DNA of 62,450 nt, counting the filler, from Sphacelaria rigidula (taxonomy: Eukaryota): the NCBI GenBank assembly GCA_964200075.2. It is 8 parts of 8 records of this genome, joined end to end, with 100 filler letters (N's around TTAATTAATTAA, not from the genome) between each part and the next. Parts side by side here need not be neighbours in the genome. Positions count along the whole stretch, not along the records: positions 23,459 to 31,177 come from CAXNAA020013682.1; positions 31,278 to 38,996 come from CAXNAA020013683.1; 6 more parts are not named here. One strand, written 5' to 3'. Both the position numbers and the translations under genes were made by a program. Position 1 is the stretch's first letter; every line of letters starts with the position of its first letter. Positions 25,931 to 38,005 of the stretch are shown here, piece after piece. Under the pieces are notes generated by a model. The model was given only the letters and a program-made list of their open reading frames with translations. It was not told the origin of the DNA and searched no databases.

Positions 25931-27643
25931 CCATGTTGTACTCTGTAGGTACGGGTACGTTCTGTGGGGTATGGAATTTCTGACAGAATTTATAAAACAG
26001 TCGGGTACCGGTATGAAAGTCTTACAGAAGTCACAGAACTTGTCGGGTACGGTATGGGAGGCTTACAGAAAACTGGTACCGGCAATCGGGTAACTCTTCT
26101 AGGGTATACCCGCCCCTCGGGTTAGGGTAAATGTTTTGTACGGAACTCACGGAACTGTCGGGCAAGGGTATGGGAGCCTTACAGAATTCACAGAAACTGT
26201 CGGGTAGGGTGTGGAGGTTGCACAGAAAATCTTACCCGCAACCGGGTATCTTATCAAGAGCATACCCGTGCCCCCCGGTAACGGTACGGGAGGCTCACAG
26301 AACTCACGTAACTATCGGGTACGGGTATGAAGATCTTACAAAGAGTACAGTACTTTCAGGTACTGGTATGGAAGTATTACAGAGTTTACAGAAATGTCGG
26401 GTGCGGTAAACACCCGGCAAAATACCCTGGGTATACAGAAAACCGTACCCTACACCCCTGTGGTGGGACCTACGTCACTACAACAGTGGCGAAATACAGA
26501 GGACAGTTCACGAAAACTCCGAACGGCTTCACGGGGTTGATGGAGAAAGACTACGCGAACAATCGCAACAGTACATGTGCACGGGGTCGTCAACATCTGT
26601 CGGCTTCACGTACACTACCAGAAAGCACATGAAGGAGCATTCACGGCTGCCTGTTCTCTGGAAGCCCTTGGGCACGCGACAAAATCGCCGACGGCTTTGA
26701 CGACTTTCGGTGGCAGCTCATACTCTGTGCTGTACATGTCGCCAACGGCCTGAGGTTTGATGACCACGACACAACCACCATCTACGTCGATGACGTGCGT
26801 CTTGCTACTTGGTCCTTTGGTGGCGCAGATGAACCGTCCCCACTCGAGTCTGGGGGTGATCCATTCTGACGGTCTGCAGTGCTGCTCATGTTTCATGTTT
26901 CCACTCAGCGGTACCTCGTATCCTGCCAGATCCCAAACTAACGAACTTCTCAACATTGAATTATTGTTTGAGTTTTGAATGAAGGAGTCGGGTGGGTTGA
27001 TCGATGGGAGGTACATGTTCAGGTCATGAGGTTGTGTTTGGATTGAACCTATATCCGTGCCTCCCCAAGGTATATACCTGTGCTCATACCTGCAATCGGG
27101 TATATATATATATAACGGTATACCCTAACCCCGGGTAGAGGTATGGAAGGCTTACAGAGCTCACAGAATTGTCGGGTACCGGTACTGGATGAAAGTCTTA
27201 CAGAAGTTACAGAACTTATCGGGTACGGTATGGGAGGCTTACAGGAAACCGGTACCGGCAATCGGGTATTTTGTCAAGAGCATACCCGCACTCCGGGTAC
27301 GGGTAAACATTATGTACAGAACTCACAGAACTGTCGGGTAAGGGTATGGGAGGCTTACAGAACTCACAGAAACTGTCGGGCAGGGTATGGGGGTTGCACA
27401 GAAAATCGTACCCGCAATCGGTTATCTTATCAAGAGCGTATCCGAGCCCCCCGGTAATGGTACGGGAGTCTCACCGATATCACAGAACTATCGGGCAAGG
27501 GTACGAAAGTCTCACAGAGTTTACAGAATTGTCGGGTACCGGTATGAAAGTCCTACAGAAGTCACGGAACTGTCAGGTACGGTAAATACGCAGGAAAACA
27601 CCCCGGGATAACAGAAACCCGTACCCTACACAACACAATCTTG
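25931..27643 (+). mobile_element. Composite hAT-type element (MITE-core-MITE), copy 1, inside a GRWD1 intron
   Basis: Outer TIRs ccatgttgtactctgta / tacacaacacaatcttg; 8-bp TSD gaaaattg/gaaaaatg. Two cgggta-rich modules flank a core of about 570 bp. An inverted homolog lies at 34451-37565. Confidence 0.8.
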
Positions 27644-28555
27644 GAAAAATGGCGCATGAAGGCGGATGAAAAGGTGTTGGTACATCAAACAGAGGTATAC
27701 ACTCAGACAGAACACTACAGGGAAGTATTCACATAGGAAAACTCACGATTGCCCACAAAGTGTAGGAGAGGCTGTCCACCTGTCTCGGGGTATGGCAAAT
27801 GCCTGAATAAGAGGAAACTTTGTCCTCTACCGCGGGCTTACTGGTAATTGGCCATGCTCGTGTAAAATAGGGGGTAGTTGAGAGAGTATGGCCAACGGGT
27901 ACCGTGCCCATCACACCACACAAACCCCACAATGTTAATATCTGATATCAGTATTGAAAGCCTCCTGGTATCGACATTGACCTAATTTGAGTTCCTCAAC
28001 AGGAGAGACGCGACCATTTTTCTTGATAAGTTCAACTTTCAGTGCAACTGCCAGTACTTGCATATAAAAAATCTAGATTGCCACCGACGCTGCTCGAAGC
28101 AACTTAGTTGGGCAAAGTAAAAAAAGGTACATGAGTGATGCTACGGTAGGGGTGCACAAATATTTTCTGAGGTTAGAATTGCTAGGAGCCCTTTTTATCT
28201 CATGCAAAACACGACTTATGGAAAAATGTAAGTACGCCAGAATTACTAATCCAATGTGCTGCGGGTATCCCAAATGAATTCGCAAACGGGGATGCCCTGA
28301 CCCACTTTCTTGTGCATCTAGAATCGTTAGGAGCCTCTGAAGTAGACAAGGTTTAGCGCAGAAAGTGCATCCCCACCGTAGCATTGCTCACATAAACCAA
28401 GAGCAGCAGTTTCATAGCAGTGCTAAATTTCTTGCACGGGCCACCGCAATTCGTCACACGAAGAAGCCACCCTCACTCTTGAAGCTATCTCCGATTCGCC
28501 TTTGAAAACACCAGACTAACCAATTCCACCCCTTCGCCGAAAAGTAGGTACCTAC

Positions 28556-28732
28556 CGTGCTCTCAGTAGGACTCCACTGCAGGTCCTCCACCGAACCCAC
28601 GTGTCCCACAAATGGCACCGGGTCGGCCGCCCAGCTCGATTCTGTTGGCCGTGTGACGTATATGCAGTTCGAACAGTCTCCGGTGGCCAGAGTCCCTTCC
28701 GTTGTTGGAGACCAGTCCATCGCGAATCCCTC
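28556..28732 (-). CDS. GRWD1: GRWD1 internal exon
   Basis: cag|GAG ... ACG|gtaggt; EGFAMDWSPTTEGTLATGDC...FVGHVGSVEDLQWSPTEST; 177 bp. Confidence 0.95.
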
Positions 28733-29243
28733 CTGTTGGGGGAAAAGCCGGCAGAGTATCAAGATAATGTTCAACTCGAGGGCAACAACAAAAATGGCAA
28801 TAGGGATGCCATTCGCGAGCATCACGCATCGAGGTCAGTGGGTCAGTCTCACGTATCGACTGTGCCAATCTTGCACACCTAATACAGAATTGCTGTGACC
28901 ATTCCTTGTTCAACACTGGGCGCGAAAGTATCTTTATCGGGTGTCATCACTTGCAAGGTAGGGAGACGGTCGTTGTCATCTCTGATGGGACTACGCAGCG
29001 ACGCCAGCTGTAGGCTGTCGGGAAAATATCGGCGAATAGCATACAAGACACTGCTCGTCGGTATTGGCGTTTTGCAGTCAACGCAACAACATGCCCCAAA
29101 CGGTACAATGAGTGTCGCGATCGACAATCCACTCCAAAGTCCTAGCAAAATCTCCGCCCACAAAAATATCCCCCACTCCCTCCGCTCCCCCGCCCCCCCT
29201 CTCATCGCTCGCCCCCAAACCCTTTCTCCCCCACCACACTCGC

Positions 29244-29555
29244 CTCTGTGTGTCCTCCAAAAGTGAACGCCGGGTCCACCTTTGAACTTCGCGGGGTACC
29301 CTTCGCCAGCGCCGTCACCTGTCGCTCCAGATCCCACACGTGAACATTAGATGTCTCCGACCAGGTTGCCACCACGTGCGGACGTTGCGGCATAGAGCGG
29401 ACACGGTTGACGCCGCCTGGATGATGGATACTGACGTGGTCAAGGGTGGGATCGTCGTCGGTTTCGTCTTCCCCTTCGTCGTCGGATTCTTCTTCGTTGT
29501 CGCTGTTGGTGTCGCTCGATTTTTTCGTTCGGTGAAGGTCTGACAGTTTCATTAC
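29244..29555 (-). CDS. GRWD1: GRWD1 acidic-region exon (first exon present; upstream exons not found on this contig)
   Basis: VMKLSDLHRT, an acidic tract, HPGGVNRVRSMPQ..VATWSE..VHVWDL..FTFGGHTE; 312 bp; ends at a GC donor (GAG|gcgagt). Confidence 0.9.
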
Positions 29556-30171
29556 CTTCTCATGAGAGCCGCGTTCGCACGGGAAGAATGGGGCGAAGAA
29601 GGGGTGATTTGGGAGGGGGAATCAATGTGTGCGATCGCGCTGTATCTGACGCGTGCGTGTGTCTAGCCCATGTAACGGAGCACACCTCTGAAGGTATCAA
29701 GGGTCGGACCGTCTGAAAATTACTTGCTTTTAGTGTAGTTAATTATTACCGTACTAATCAATCCTTGGGCTTTGTTTTCGGCATATCGCCCCAGGTACGC
29801 GCACAACAGGCCCGTGGAAGAGCGCAAAAATTACGTAAAGAACGTTTTGACCGGACGATCAATTTTTTTCCCTCTTCCGAGCACTCAGACCAAAGAAATC
29901 TTAGGTTCGGTGATTCTAAGCAGCCACTATTCGTCCAACCCTTGGAAGGTATCGTATGTAGGGCCAACATGTCCAATGCCATGCCTAAATGCACCGTGCA
30001 ATACTGCTGTACTGCACGACACAACCTGCGCAGTGACACTTCAACGAAAAACACCAGGGCATGCTGCAGAGAATAGCCTGGTAAGTGAAATTGGGCAAAC
30101 GAAATTATTGGGTAGATCGTAGATTGTACCCGAACATTAGGGGTGGATCATCAGAGGTGGGTAGGGTCGGG

Positions 30172-30228
30172 TATACCCTCCGGTACCCTCCGGTACCCTC
30201 CGGTACCCTCCGGTACCCTCCGGTACCC
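30172..30228 (+). repeat. 10-bp minisatellite (cggtaccctc), about 5 copies
   Basis: Read directly from the sequence. Confidence 0.9.
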
Positions 30229-31045
30229 TGGATTTTTAGTTGACGCTTCTTCCGTTGATACCCTGGATACTCTGGATGAGCACAGAATATTTCAGCAGTG
30301 CTGGCCATTGTTCTAACAACAGGTCCAGCCTCAAGGGACTCAAAGTGGAGTACGGGCTCCAACGAAGCCGCTACGTTTGATGCACAATTCTTTGCCCATC
30401 GAAAACACGTGCTCTGCCCAGCAGTTGGGTTAGGTGCTCCACCAGAGCAAGTTGCCAAGAGTCTAATCTGCCAAAGTACGCAACGGTATGTTGGTTGGCG
30501 CATGGATTCGGTTGAGAATGAGGTTTTGGGGCGGATTACAGTTACGGCCGCGGTCAAATCTCCCGTTCGTGGAAATCGCTAAAACGGGCTTCGATTTTAT
30601 GAACAGTGGCAGACTACCGCTCAGGTCTAGATCCGAAATAGGAGAAGCCTGAAACCGGGGCGCCTGAGGATCTAGCTACCAAATATATATGGTCAGCTGA
30701 GTTGGCCAGTAAGATGGCCAAGAATTGGTGGTGCATACTGCGTTCGGACCGTGCCTATTTCGGTCCAAAAGTGTCAGGTACGTCTGATTTTGTCATTTGT
30801 CATTTGGACAAAAAAAACACTCCCCGGGTGCACGGCGTTCAGAGAGCAAACAGCATGATACCGTCGGTATTGCAGAGGTGTACGTACTGCTAATATGGTG
30901 TACATGTACCACCATGCACCATCCTAAACGCTTGGTGGCCCTTCAAAAGGGACAAGCATGTACGAGAGGCTAACCCTACTATTACTCTGTGCGGTACAGT
31001 AGCTGGCAAGAGTCCGTGACGTCCGTTAGAGGCAACTGAAAGTTG

Positions 31046-31177
31046 CAAGGTTGTAAGGTACGGGTACGTTCTGTGGGGTATGGAATTTCTGACAGAATTT
31101 ATAAAACAGTCGGGTACCGGTATGAAAGTCTTACAGAAGTCACAGAACTTGTCGGGTACGGTATGGGAGGCTTACAG
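31046..31177 (+). mobile_element. Left end of another copy of the cgggta-rich hAT MITE, truncated at the contig end
   Basis: Starts with caaggttgt, followed by about 120 bp apparently identical to 25948-26067. Confidence 0.85.
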
Positions 31178-31277
31178 NNNNNNNNNNNNNNNNNNNNNNN
31201 NNNNNNNNNNNNNNNNNNNNNTTAATTAATTAANNNNNNNNNNNNNNNNNNNNNNNNNNNNNNNNNNNNNNNNNNNN
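31178..31277. other. Artificial contig linker
   Basis: N44-TTAATTAATTAA-N44. Confidence 0.98.
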
Positions 31278-31435
31278 CAAACCCAGTCGACTATTTTGTT
31301 TACTCTCATTCACACGCTTTCCACGGTGGAAATTATACATTACGAAGAAAAAACCCAATGCATCGGGAATCGAACCCCGTTCTCTCCACCCTAATGGCGA
31401 AATTCGGACCATTACACCACGGGGGCGCGGCTACT
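31278..31435 (-). mobile_element. tRNA-derived SINE (family B) 5' part, truncated at the contig start
   Basis: A-box tggtgtaatgg, B-box ggttcgattcc and a T-run; body matches about 25470-25620. Confidence 0.7.
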
Positions 31436-33106
31436 GCTAACACGAAAAGGAAGGGAACACACCCGACCTCTCCCCAGAACAGAAGAGAAGGGTCAACAAG
31501 TAGCGCACAGCTCGTCACTGCGCTTTCTCGCTGAAAACGTTGACACCCACTCAGCATTAGGACTTTCCAGCACATATTCAACCTATACAGAGCGACTGGT
31601 GCTCACTTGAGCCCAACACTCATGACCGACTGCTACTTCATACACCAATGCAAGACAATCATGTAGCAGAAGACGACTCGAGGCTGAAACAGATGGGAAA
31701 AAGGCACAGCGCGAACGCCTTGACCGCATTCTCGGTACCCCCACGCCGTCTCACCTTTTCTGCCCCTGGAGCCGTAGGTGAGCGCGGTGACCCAGGTCCC
31801 CGGCAACGCATACAGAGGAGTATCGTCACCTTTGACTGGCACGTCTCCCTTCAGCCGTCTTGATCTGCGAAGGCTTGGCGATTGGGCATCAGCTTCTCCA
31901 CTTTTGCAAGGAGATGTTTTCGCGTTGGGTCGCTCCTGCTTCACAGGCGCAATAGGTTTGCTCTAGAGCGGCAAGGAACAAGAGGGCGGCATGCGCACAG
32001 CAGATATTCCACAATGATCAGATGCAATCTAAAGTGTGGTATTCGTCTGCATGGTTCGCTGCAGGTGATTATTTCTTGCGTTCAAAAATATATCGCACCT
32101 TGACAGCAGGCCTGGTACTCTAGGTAAGATCGCGGGCAGTCGATGAACTTCAAACTGTGACACGCTGTGGATACGTCGAGACTCCCATGCAGCGCGGCGG
32201 GAAAACATAATGTGTGCTTAGATGGTAGTGGTCGATCATGGGAGGGCATCAAAACTGCTCGCAACCCAGTCGATCACCCCGGTTTCATACGTTGAGGGAA
32301 CGTGTTTCAGGTGACTGATCAGACCTCACAAGACCGATGAGACTTGGCAATATTACAATCGATAAGCGGTCCTGGCTGAAGGTCGAAAGGTAGATTCGCA
32401 TTGTCCCATGAACCGGAGAGACGGGGCGAACGAGAAAGAAGGAGGAAAAAAAGGTGGGCGAGATACAAGACAGTGACCAACACTGTCAATGACTTGCGAT
32501 ACAAGTTCGGCAATAAATAGTGTAGCGAAAACATGCATCTTGGTATGAGGAGAGATAACACCGCTGCGTCATGAGCAGTCCAACCTCAACTCTTTTTCAG
32601 CGTGAGCGACATCTTTCAATAGCAGGGATACTCTTTACGTGCACCGCTGAATAGAGCAGCTCCCATTATAGTTGCGCATCCGTGCCCGAGTTGAGCCCAG
32701 TATAAAACAGGCATTTGGAGGCAACCTCTTCCTCAGAGTTTCTCCATTTCTTCACCTTGGCCTCACAGTGGACTAGGTGCAATTTCTGACGATAACTTTT
32801 TAATGCGAAAATTCTGGAACAGAGGAGACAAATTGTCCTCGCAAAAAAGCCATTTTTTTTCCGCGTGCACACAGCGTTAGTTTCACCATGTATACACCAA
32901 TGCAAGAGCCGAATCATTCCTTGCGCTCATCATGCGAGCGCCGAATCACTTTTGGTTCCCCAAACCCTGGTGATCATCTTGGCTGTTTTGCTCTGAGTGT
33001 GTGGCTCGTCACTCAAACAGACACCCCGATTTTGCAATTATGGGCGTAGGCACCGAGATTGTTGCAGACCTCATATGATGAGTATAAGAAACGCTACGGC
33101 TCGTGC

Positions 33107-33469
33107 CAGAGCTCGGAAATGGTTTGTCCAACCATTAACCAGTAAAATGGTACACAATGGTTTGGTCATGGAGCGGCGCAGCCGCGAGCCAAAAAGCCTC
33201 CCACGGCAGAGGGGGGCCCGCCGGAGGCGCCCCCGGAGGGCTTCGCTGGAGACGCCGTGACGGAGGCACGTTTTCACGCGATTTGGCTCCACTAGAGCTA
33301 AAATGTACGAGAAATTTGGAGCAATTTCCAAGGGCTGTATGTAGTATACGTAGCCAGTTTCGGTAAATAATGGTTTGAAACTTTTGTCGAAAATCTTCAT
33401 ATAACCATCACCATTAGAACCCTTATAATGATGATAGCCAGTTATAACTGGTACTATTTCCGAGCTCTA
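33107..33469 (+). mobile_element. hAT-type MITE (TIR YAGAGCTCGGAAAT), copy A
   Basis: cagagctcggaaatggt ... actatttccgagctcta; inverted homolog at 33839-34197; TSD not recognisable. Confidence 0.8.
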
Positions 33470-33838
33470 GTCATCACGTGCTTCACTCACAGGGCCACAT
33501 GGCTGAAGGATATGCATACGTGGAGCGATGAATCGCGTCGAGTGATATTCAGACGACATCTACAATGTACATATTCGTACCCAAATCCGCCAATCCGTTC
33601 AAATCCGTCCATCCGACGAGAGAAAAGTGAATAAGTTGAGAAGACGAGACGGGTTCCGCCGGATATCCAGATATCCGTTGGAATGTTGGATCCGCGGATT
33701 CCACCCCGATCCTCTCAAATTATTTTATGCGATCCGTGGGCAATCTTGGCCACGGATCGCATCGACAGTTAGAGCATCGTTCTCCAGGAGCATTTGGCGC
33801 TGCATTTTGTATCATTTGCGTCTCGAAACAGGTTTGAT

Positions 33839-34197
33839 TAGAGCTCGGAAATGGTCCCAGTTATAAGTGGTCATCATCATTACAATGGTACTGATGGTAA
33901 TGGTTACATAGAAATTTTCGATAGTGGTTTCAAACCATTATCTACCGTTACCGGCTTCATAAGCCGTTGCCGGCTACGTACGCTAGATGCAGCCCTTGAA
34001 AATTGGCCCAAATTTAACGCATGTTTTAGCTCTAGTGAAGCCAGATCGCACAAAAACGTGCCTCCGTCACGGCGCCTCCAGCGTGGCCCCCTCTCCCGGG
34101 GGTGGGGCTTTTTGGCTCGCGGCTGCGCCACTCGATGACCAAACCATCATTCACCATTTTACTGGTTCATGGTTAGACAAACCATTCCCGAGTTCTA
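33839..34197 (-). mobile_element. hAT-type MITE, copy B
   Basis: tagagctcggaaatggt ... accattcccgagttcta; 8-bp TSD ggtttgat/ggtgtgat. Confidence 0.88.
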
Positions 34198-34450
34198 GGT
34201 GTGATGCTTGCATGGTGAGGGCGTAAACATGCTGCGAAATAGTTTGGAACCAAGAGCCCTGAATGCCCGTTACAATACAATACTCGTACTCGCACGATAT
34301 TGGGTCAAAGTCTTGGAAGTTGTTACACGATCTGAGCCAGCCTACAACCGGATTCGTAGTTTATAGGCCCATTATCACCTCAATTTTTGAAGTTGGTCCC
34401 TGAAATTTGGTATGGACGATGAAGAGGGCATAATTACAAGTGAAAAGACC

Positions 34451-37400
34451 CACGCTTGTGTTCTGTAGGGTACGATTTCCTGTGAACCCGGGTTGTTTTG
34501 TCGGGTATTTGGCATACCTGAAAGATCAGCGACTTCGGCAAGACTTTCATACCGGTACCCGACAGTTATACCATCTCTGTAAGACTTCCATACCCTTACC
34601 CGATAGTTCTGTAATCTCTGTAAGACTCCCGTACCGTTACCGGCTGGCACGGGTACGCTATTGACGAGACACCTGATTGCGGGTACGGTTTTCTGTGCAA
34701 CCTCCATACCCTCCCTCCCTGACAGTTTTTGTGACTTTTTTAAGCCTTCCATACTCTTGCCCGACAGTTCTGTGAGTTCTGTATAGAATCTTTACCCGTA
34801 CCCGGAGCGAGGGTATGCTCTTGAAGAAATACCCGATTGCCAGCACCGGTTTCCTGCAAGCTTCCCATACCGTACTCGACAAATTCTGCAATTTCTGTGA
34901 GACTTTCATCCAGTACCGGTACCCGACAGTTCCGTGAGCTCTGCAAGCCTCTCATACCCCAAACCGGGGTAGGGGTATACCGTAATAGATATACCCGATG
35001 CAGGTACGAGCACAAGTATTCACCTTGAGGAGGTACGGATACAGGTTCAATCCAACACAACCTCATGGCCTGAACATATACCTCCCATCGATCAACCCGC
35101 CCAACTCCTTCATTTAAAACTGCACACCAACAATAATTCAATGTTGAAAAGTTCTTTACTTTGGTATCTGACGGAATACGAGATACCGCTGAGTGGAAAT
35201 ACGAAACATGAGCAGCCCTGCAGACCGTCAGGATGTATCACCCCCAGACTTGAGTGGTGGCTGGAGCGGGGGCGGTTCATCTGCGCCACCAGAGGATCAA
35301 GTAGCAAGACGCACGTCATCGACGTTGATGGTGGCTGTGTCGTGGTCATCAAATCCCAGGGCGCTATCGACATGTACAGCACAGAGTATGAGCTGCTGCC
35401 GGAAGTCGTCAAGGCCGTCGGCGATTGTGTCGCGTGCCGACGGGCTTCCGGAGAACGGGCAGCCGTAAATGCTCCTTCATGTACTCTCTAGGAGTGTACG
35501 TGGAGCCGATAGATGTTGACGATCCCGTGCACATACCCTACTACTGCGATTGTTCGTGCAGTCTTCCTCCATCAACCCCGTGAAGCCGTTCAGAGTTCTC
35601 GTGAACAGTCATCTGTATTTCGCCACTTTTGTAGTGACGTAGGTCTCACCACAGGGAGGGGTGATGATAATAACAAGGTCGTGTTCTGTCGGGTAAGGTT
35701 TTCTGTATACCCGGGGTATTTTGCCGGGTATTTATCGTACCCGACAATTTCGTAAACTTCACAGAAACCGTAGGTAAAGTACCGTACCGAGCGTACCCCC
35801 GGTAATTACCAGGGTATCCTATACCGTGGTATGTGTGGGTATCGTAGGTATGAGTGTTGAAAATACCTGATTACACCTGATCGAGCAGGTACGGTAGGTA
35901 TTGAAGTCTCGAAATGCCGTTGTATCGTGGGTATCGTAGGCATGAGTATTGAAAATACCTGATTGAGCGGGTACGGTAGGTATTAGTATTTTGAAGTACC
36001 GTTGTATCGTGGGTATCGTAGGTATGACAAATGAAAATACCCGATTGGGCAGGTGCGACAGGTACTGGTTATCTCGAAATACCGTTGTATCGTGGGTATC
36101 GTAGGTATGAGTTTTGAAAATACCCGGTTGGTTCGGTATCGGTAGGGTGTAGATGTCCGAAATACCAATACCGGATACCTACCTTACCCTCTGTACCGAA
36201 TTCAAAACTGTCGTCCAGCAGTACGGAGAAGTGTTTCAGCGCGTGTCTTGGCGAAAAAGAAAACACGACAACATGTGGCGGTGGAATTGATTTGAGCGAA
36301 AATCACACATTTTTGTCGAGTTGGGTCCCATCGAATTTTCAAGATTTCGATTGAAAGAAGACTGTGCAAATTGTGAAACGAGCCTTCTAAGAACAGAGAT
36401 GCGGTGGGCCTACGCGTATCAGATAGAGGAAAACAAATCGACCGCACTTCAGACTACAAAATAGTGAAGTCATTCAAATTGATCCAAATACGCAAATCAG
36501 GGGGAATCTGGGTATATATTACTTGAAAACAAGACATACCTGGTTCGACAACTTCTGGCCTTTGCATAATACGTTGGGACCAGCTGCTGCACTGTGGGCA
36601 GTGCATCGCGTCCGGTATTACCGGGTATACCCCCGGTATTTACCGGGGTATCCCATACCGTGGTATGCGTGGGTATCGTAGGTATGAGTTTTGAAAATAC
36701 CTGATTGAGCAGGTGCGGTAGGTATTGAAATCTCGAAATACAGTGGTATCGTAGGTATCGTAGGTATGAGTTTTGAAAATACCTGATCGAGCGGGCCCGG
36801 TAGGTATTGGTATTTTGAAATACCGTTGTATCATAGGTATCGTAGGTACGACATATGAAAATACCTGACTGGGCAGGTACGGTAGGTATTGAAATCTCGA
36901 AATATCGTGATATCGTAGGTATCGTAGGTGTGAGATTCGAAAATACCCGATCGAGCGGGTACGATAGGTATTGAAATCTCAAAATACCGTGGTATCGTGG
37001 GTAACGTAGGTATGGCAGTTAAAAATACCCGATCGAACGGGTACGGTAGGGTATGAGATGTCCCGAATACCGGTACCGGGTACTCACCATACCTGCGGTG
37101 CCTGTGGTGAACTCTGCAAGATTTCCATACCGGTACCCGACAGTCCCGTAGTCTCTGTAAGACCTTCATACTCGCACCCGATAGTTCTGTGATCTCTGTG
37201 AGATTCCCGTGCCGTTACCGGGGGGCACGGGTATGCTCCTGATAAGATATCCGCTTGCGGGTACGGTTTTCTGTGCAACCTCCATACCCTACCCGACAGT
37301 TTCTGTGACTTTTGTAAGCCTTCCATGCCCTTACCCGACAGTTCTGTGAGTTCTGTGAAAAACTTTACCCTAACCCGAGGGGCGGGTATACCCTGAAAGA

Positions 37401-37565
37401 GTTACCCGATTGCCGGTGCCGGTTCTCTGTAAGCCTCCCATACCGTACCCGGCAAGTTCTGTAATTTCCGTAAGAGTTTCATACCGGTACCCGACACTTC
37501 TGTAAGTTCCGTGAGGAATCTCATACCCTGCAGGACGTACCTGTACCTTACAGAACACAACCTTG
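34451..37565 (-). mobile_element. Composite hAT-type element, copy 2, carrying a nested insertion
   Basis: Outer TIRs cacgcttgtgttctgta / tacagaacacaaccttg; internal TIR caaggtcgtgttctgt at 35674; degenerate TSD aaaagacc/gaaaggcc; core homologous to 26457-27027. Confidence 0.78.
35760..37106. mobile_element. Nested hAT-type non-autonomous element with two arrays of about 80-bp subterminal repeats
   Basis: TIRs cacagaaaccgtaggta / tacctgcggtgcctgtg; TSD gtaaactt/gtgaactc. It splits the host MITE, whose sequence resumes at 37107. Confidence 0.8.
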
Positions 37566-38005
37566 GAAAGGCCCACCCAAAGCTTTTCTTTTTTCACGAT
37601 TTAACGGCATTTTTCAGGCCCAATAGTCACTATGGCCTCATGGAAAAAATAAAAAACATAATTATTTTACGAGCTGGGCCAGCCCAGAAACGTATTTAAC
37701 CGCGCAGAGCAATATCTCATCACCGGAAACGAATTTGGCCGTGATCCGCATATCAAATTAATCGCCTCATTAAGGAGCAGATGCCCACGTGCTTTCCAGC
37801 GTGGGCCCATGCCTTCTCTTTGATACCCACCATTCCACACTGAAGCTGAGTCGCTTGGGAGTCGTATTCAAGAAACAAAAACGCATCTGAAACCGTAGGA
37901 TGTCGTGTTGTGCCGACAAAAATGCGGTGGGATTAGACAATTGAGGCACAAGTGGCCACGTCGGCCACTTGTGCTGTGCGTCGGCCGCTCGTGCTGATGG
38001 TGCTG

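Noticed and set aside
25680-27611. Numerous ORFs with repeated TELSGTGM-like peptides (also 34375-37597)
   Set aside because: Translations of non-coding subterminal repeats of the hAT MITEs.
35790-37090. Regular repeats of about 80 bp resembling a CRISPR array
   Set aside because: Units are head-to-tail without unique spacers, lie inside a TIR/TSD-bounded element, and no cas genes are present.
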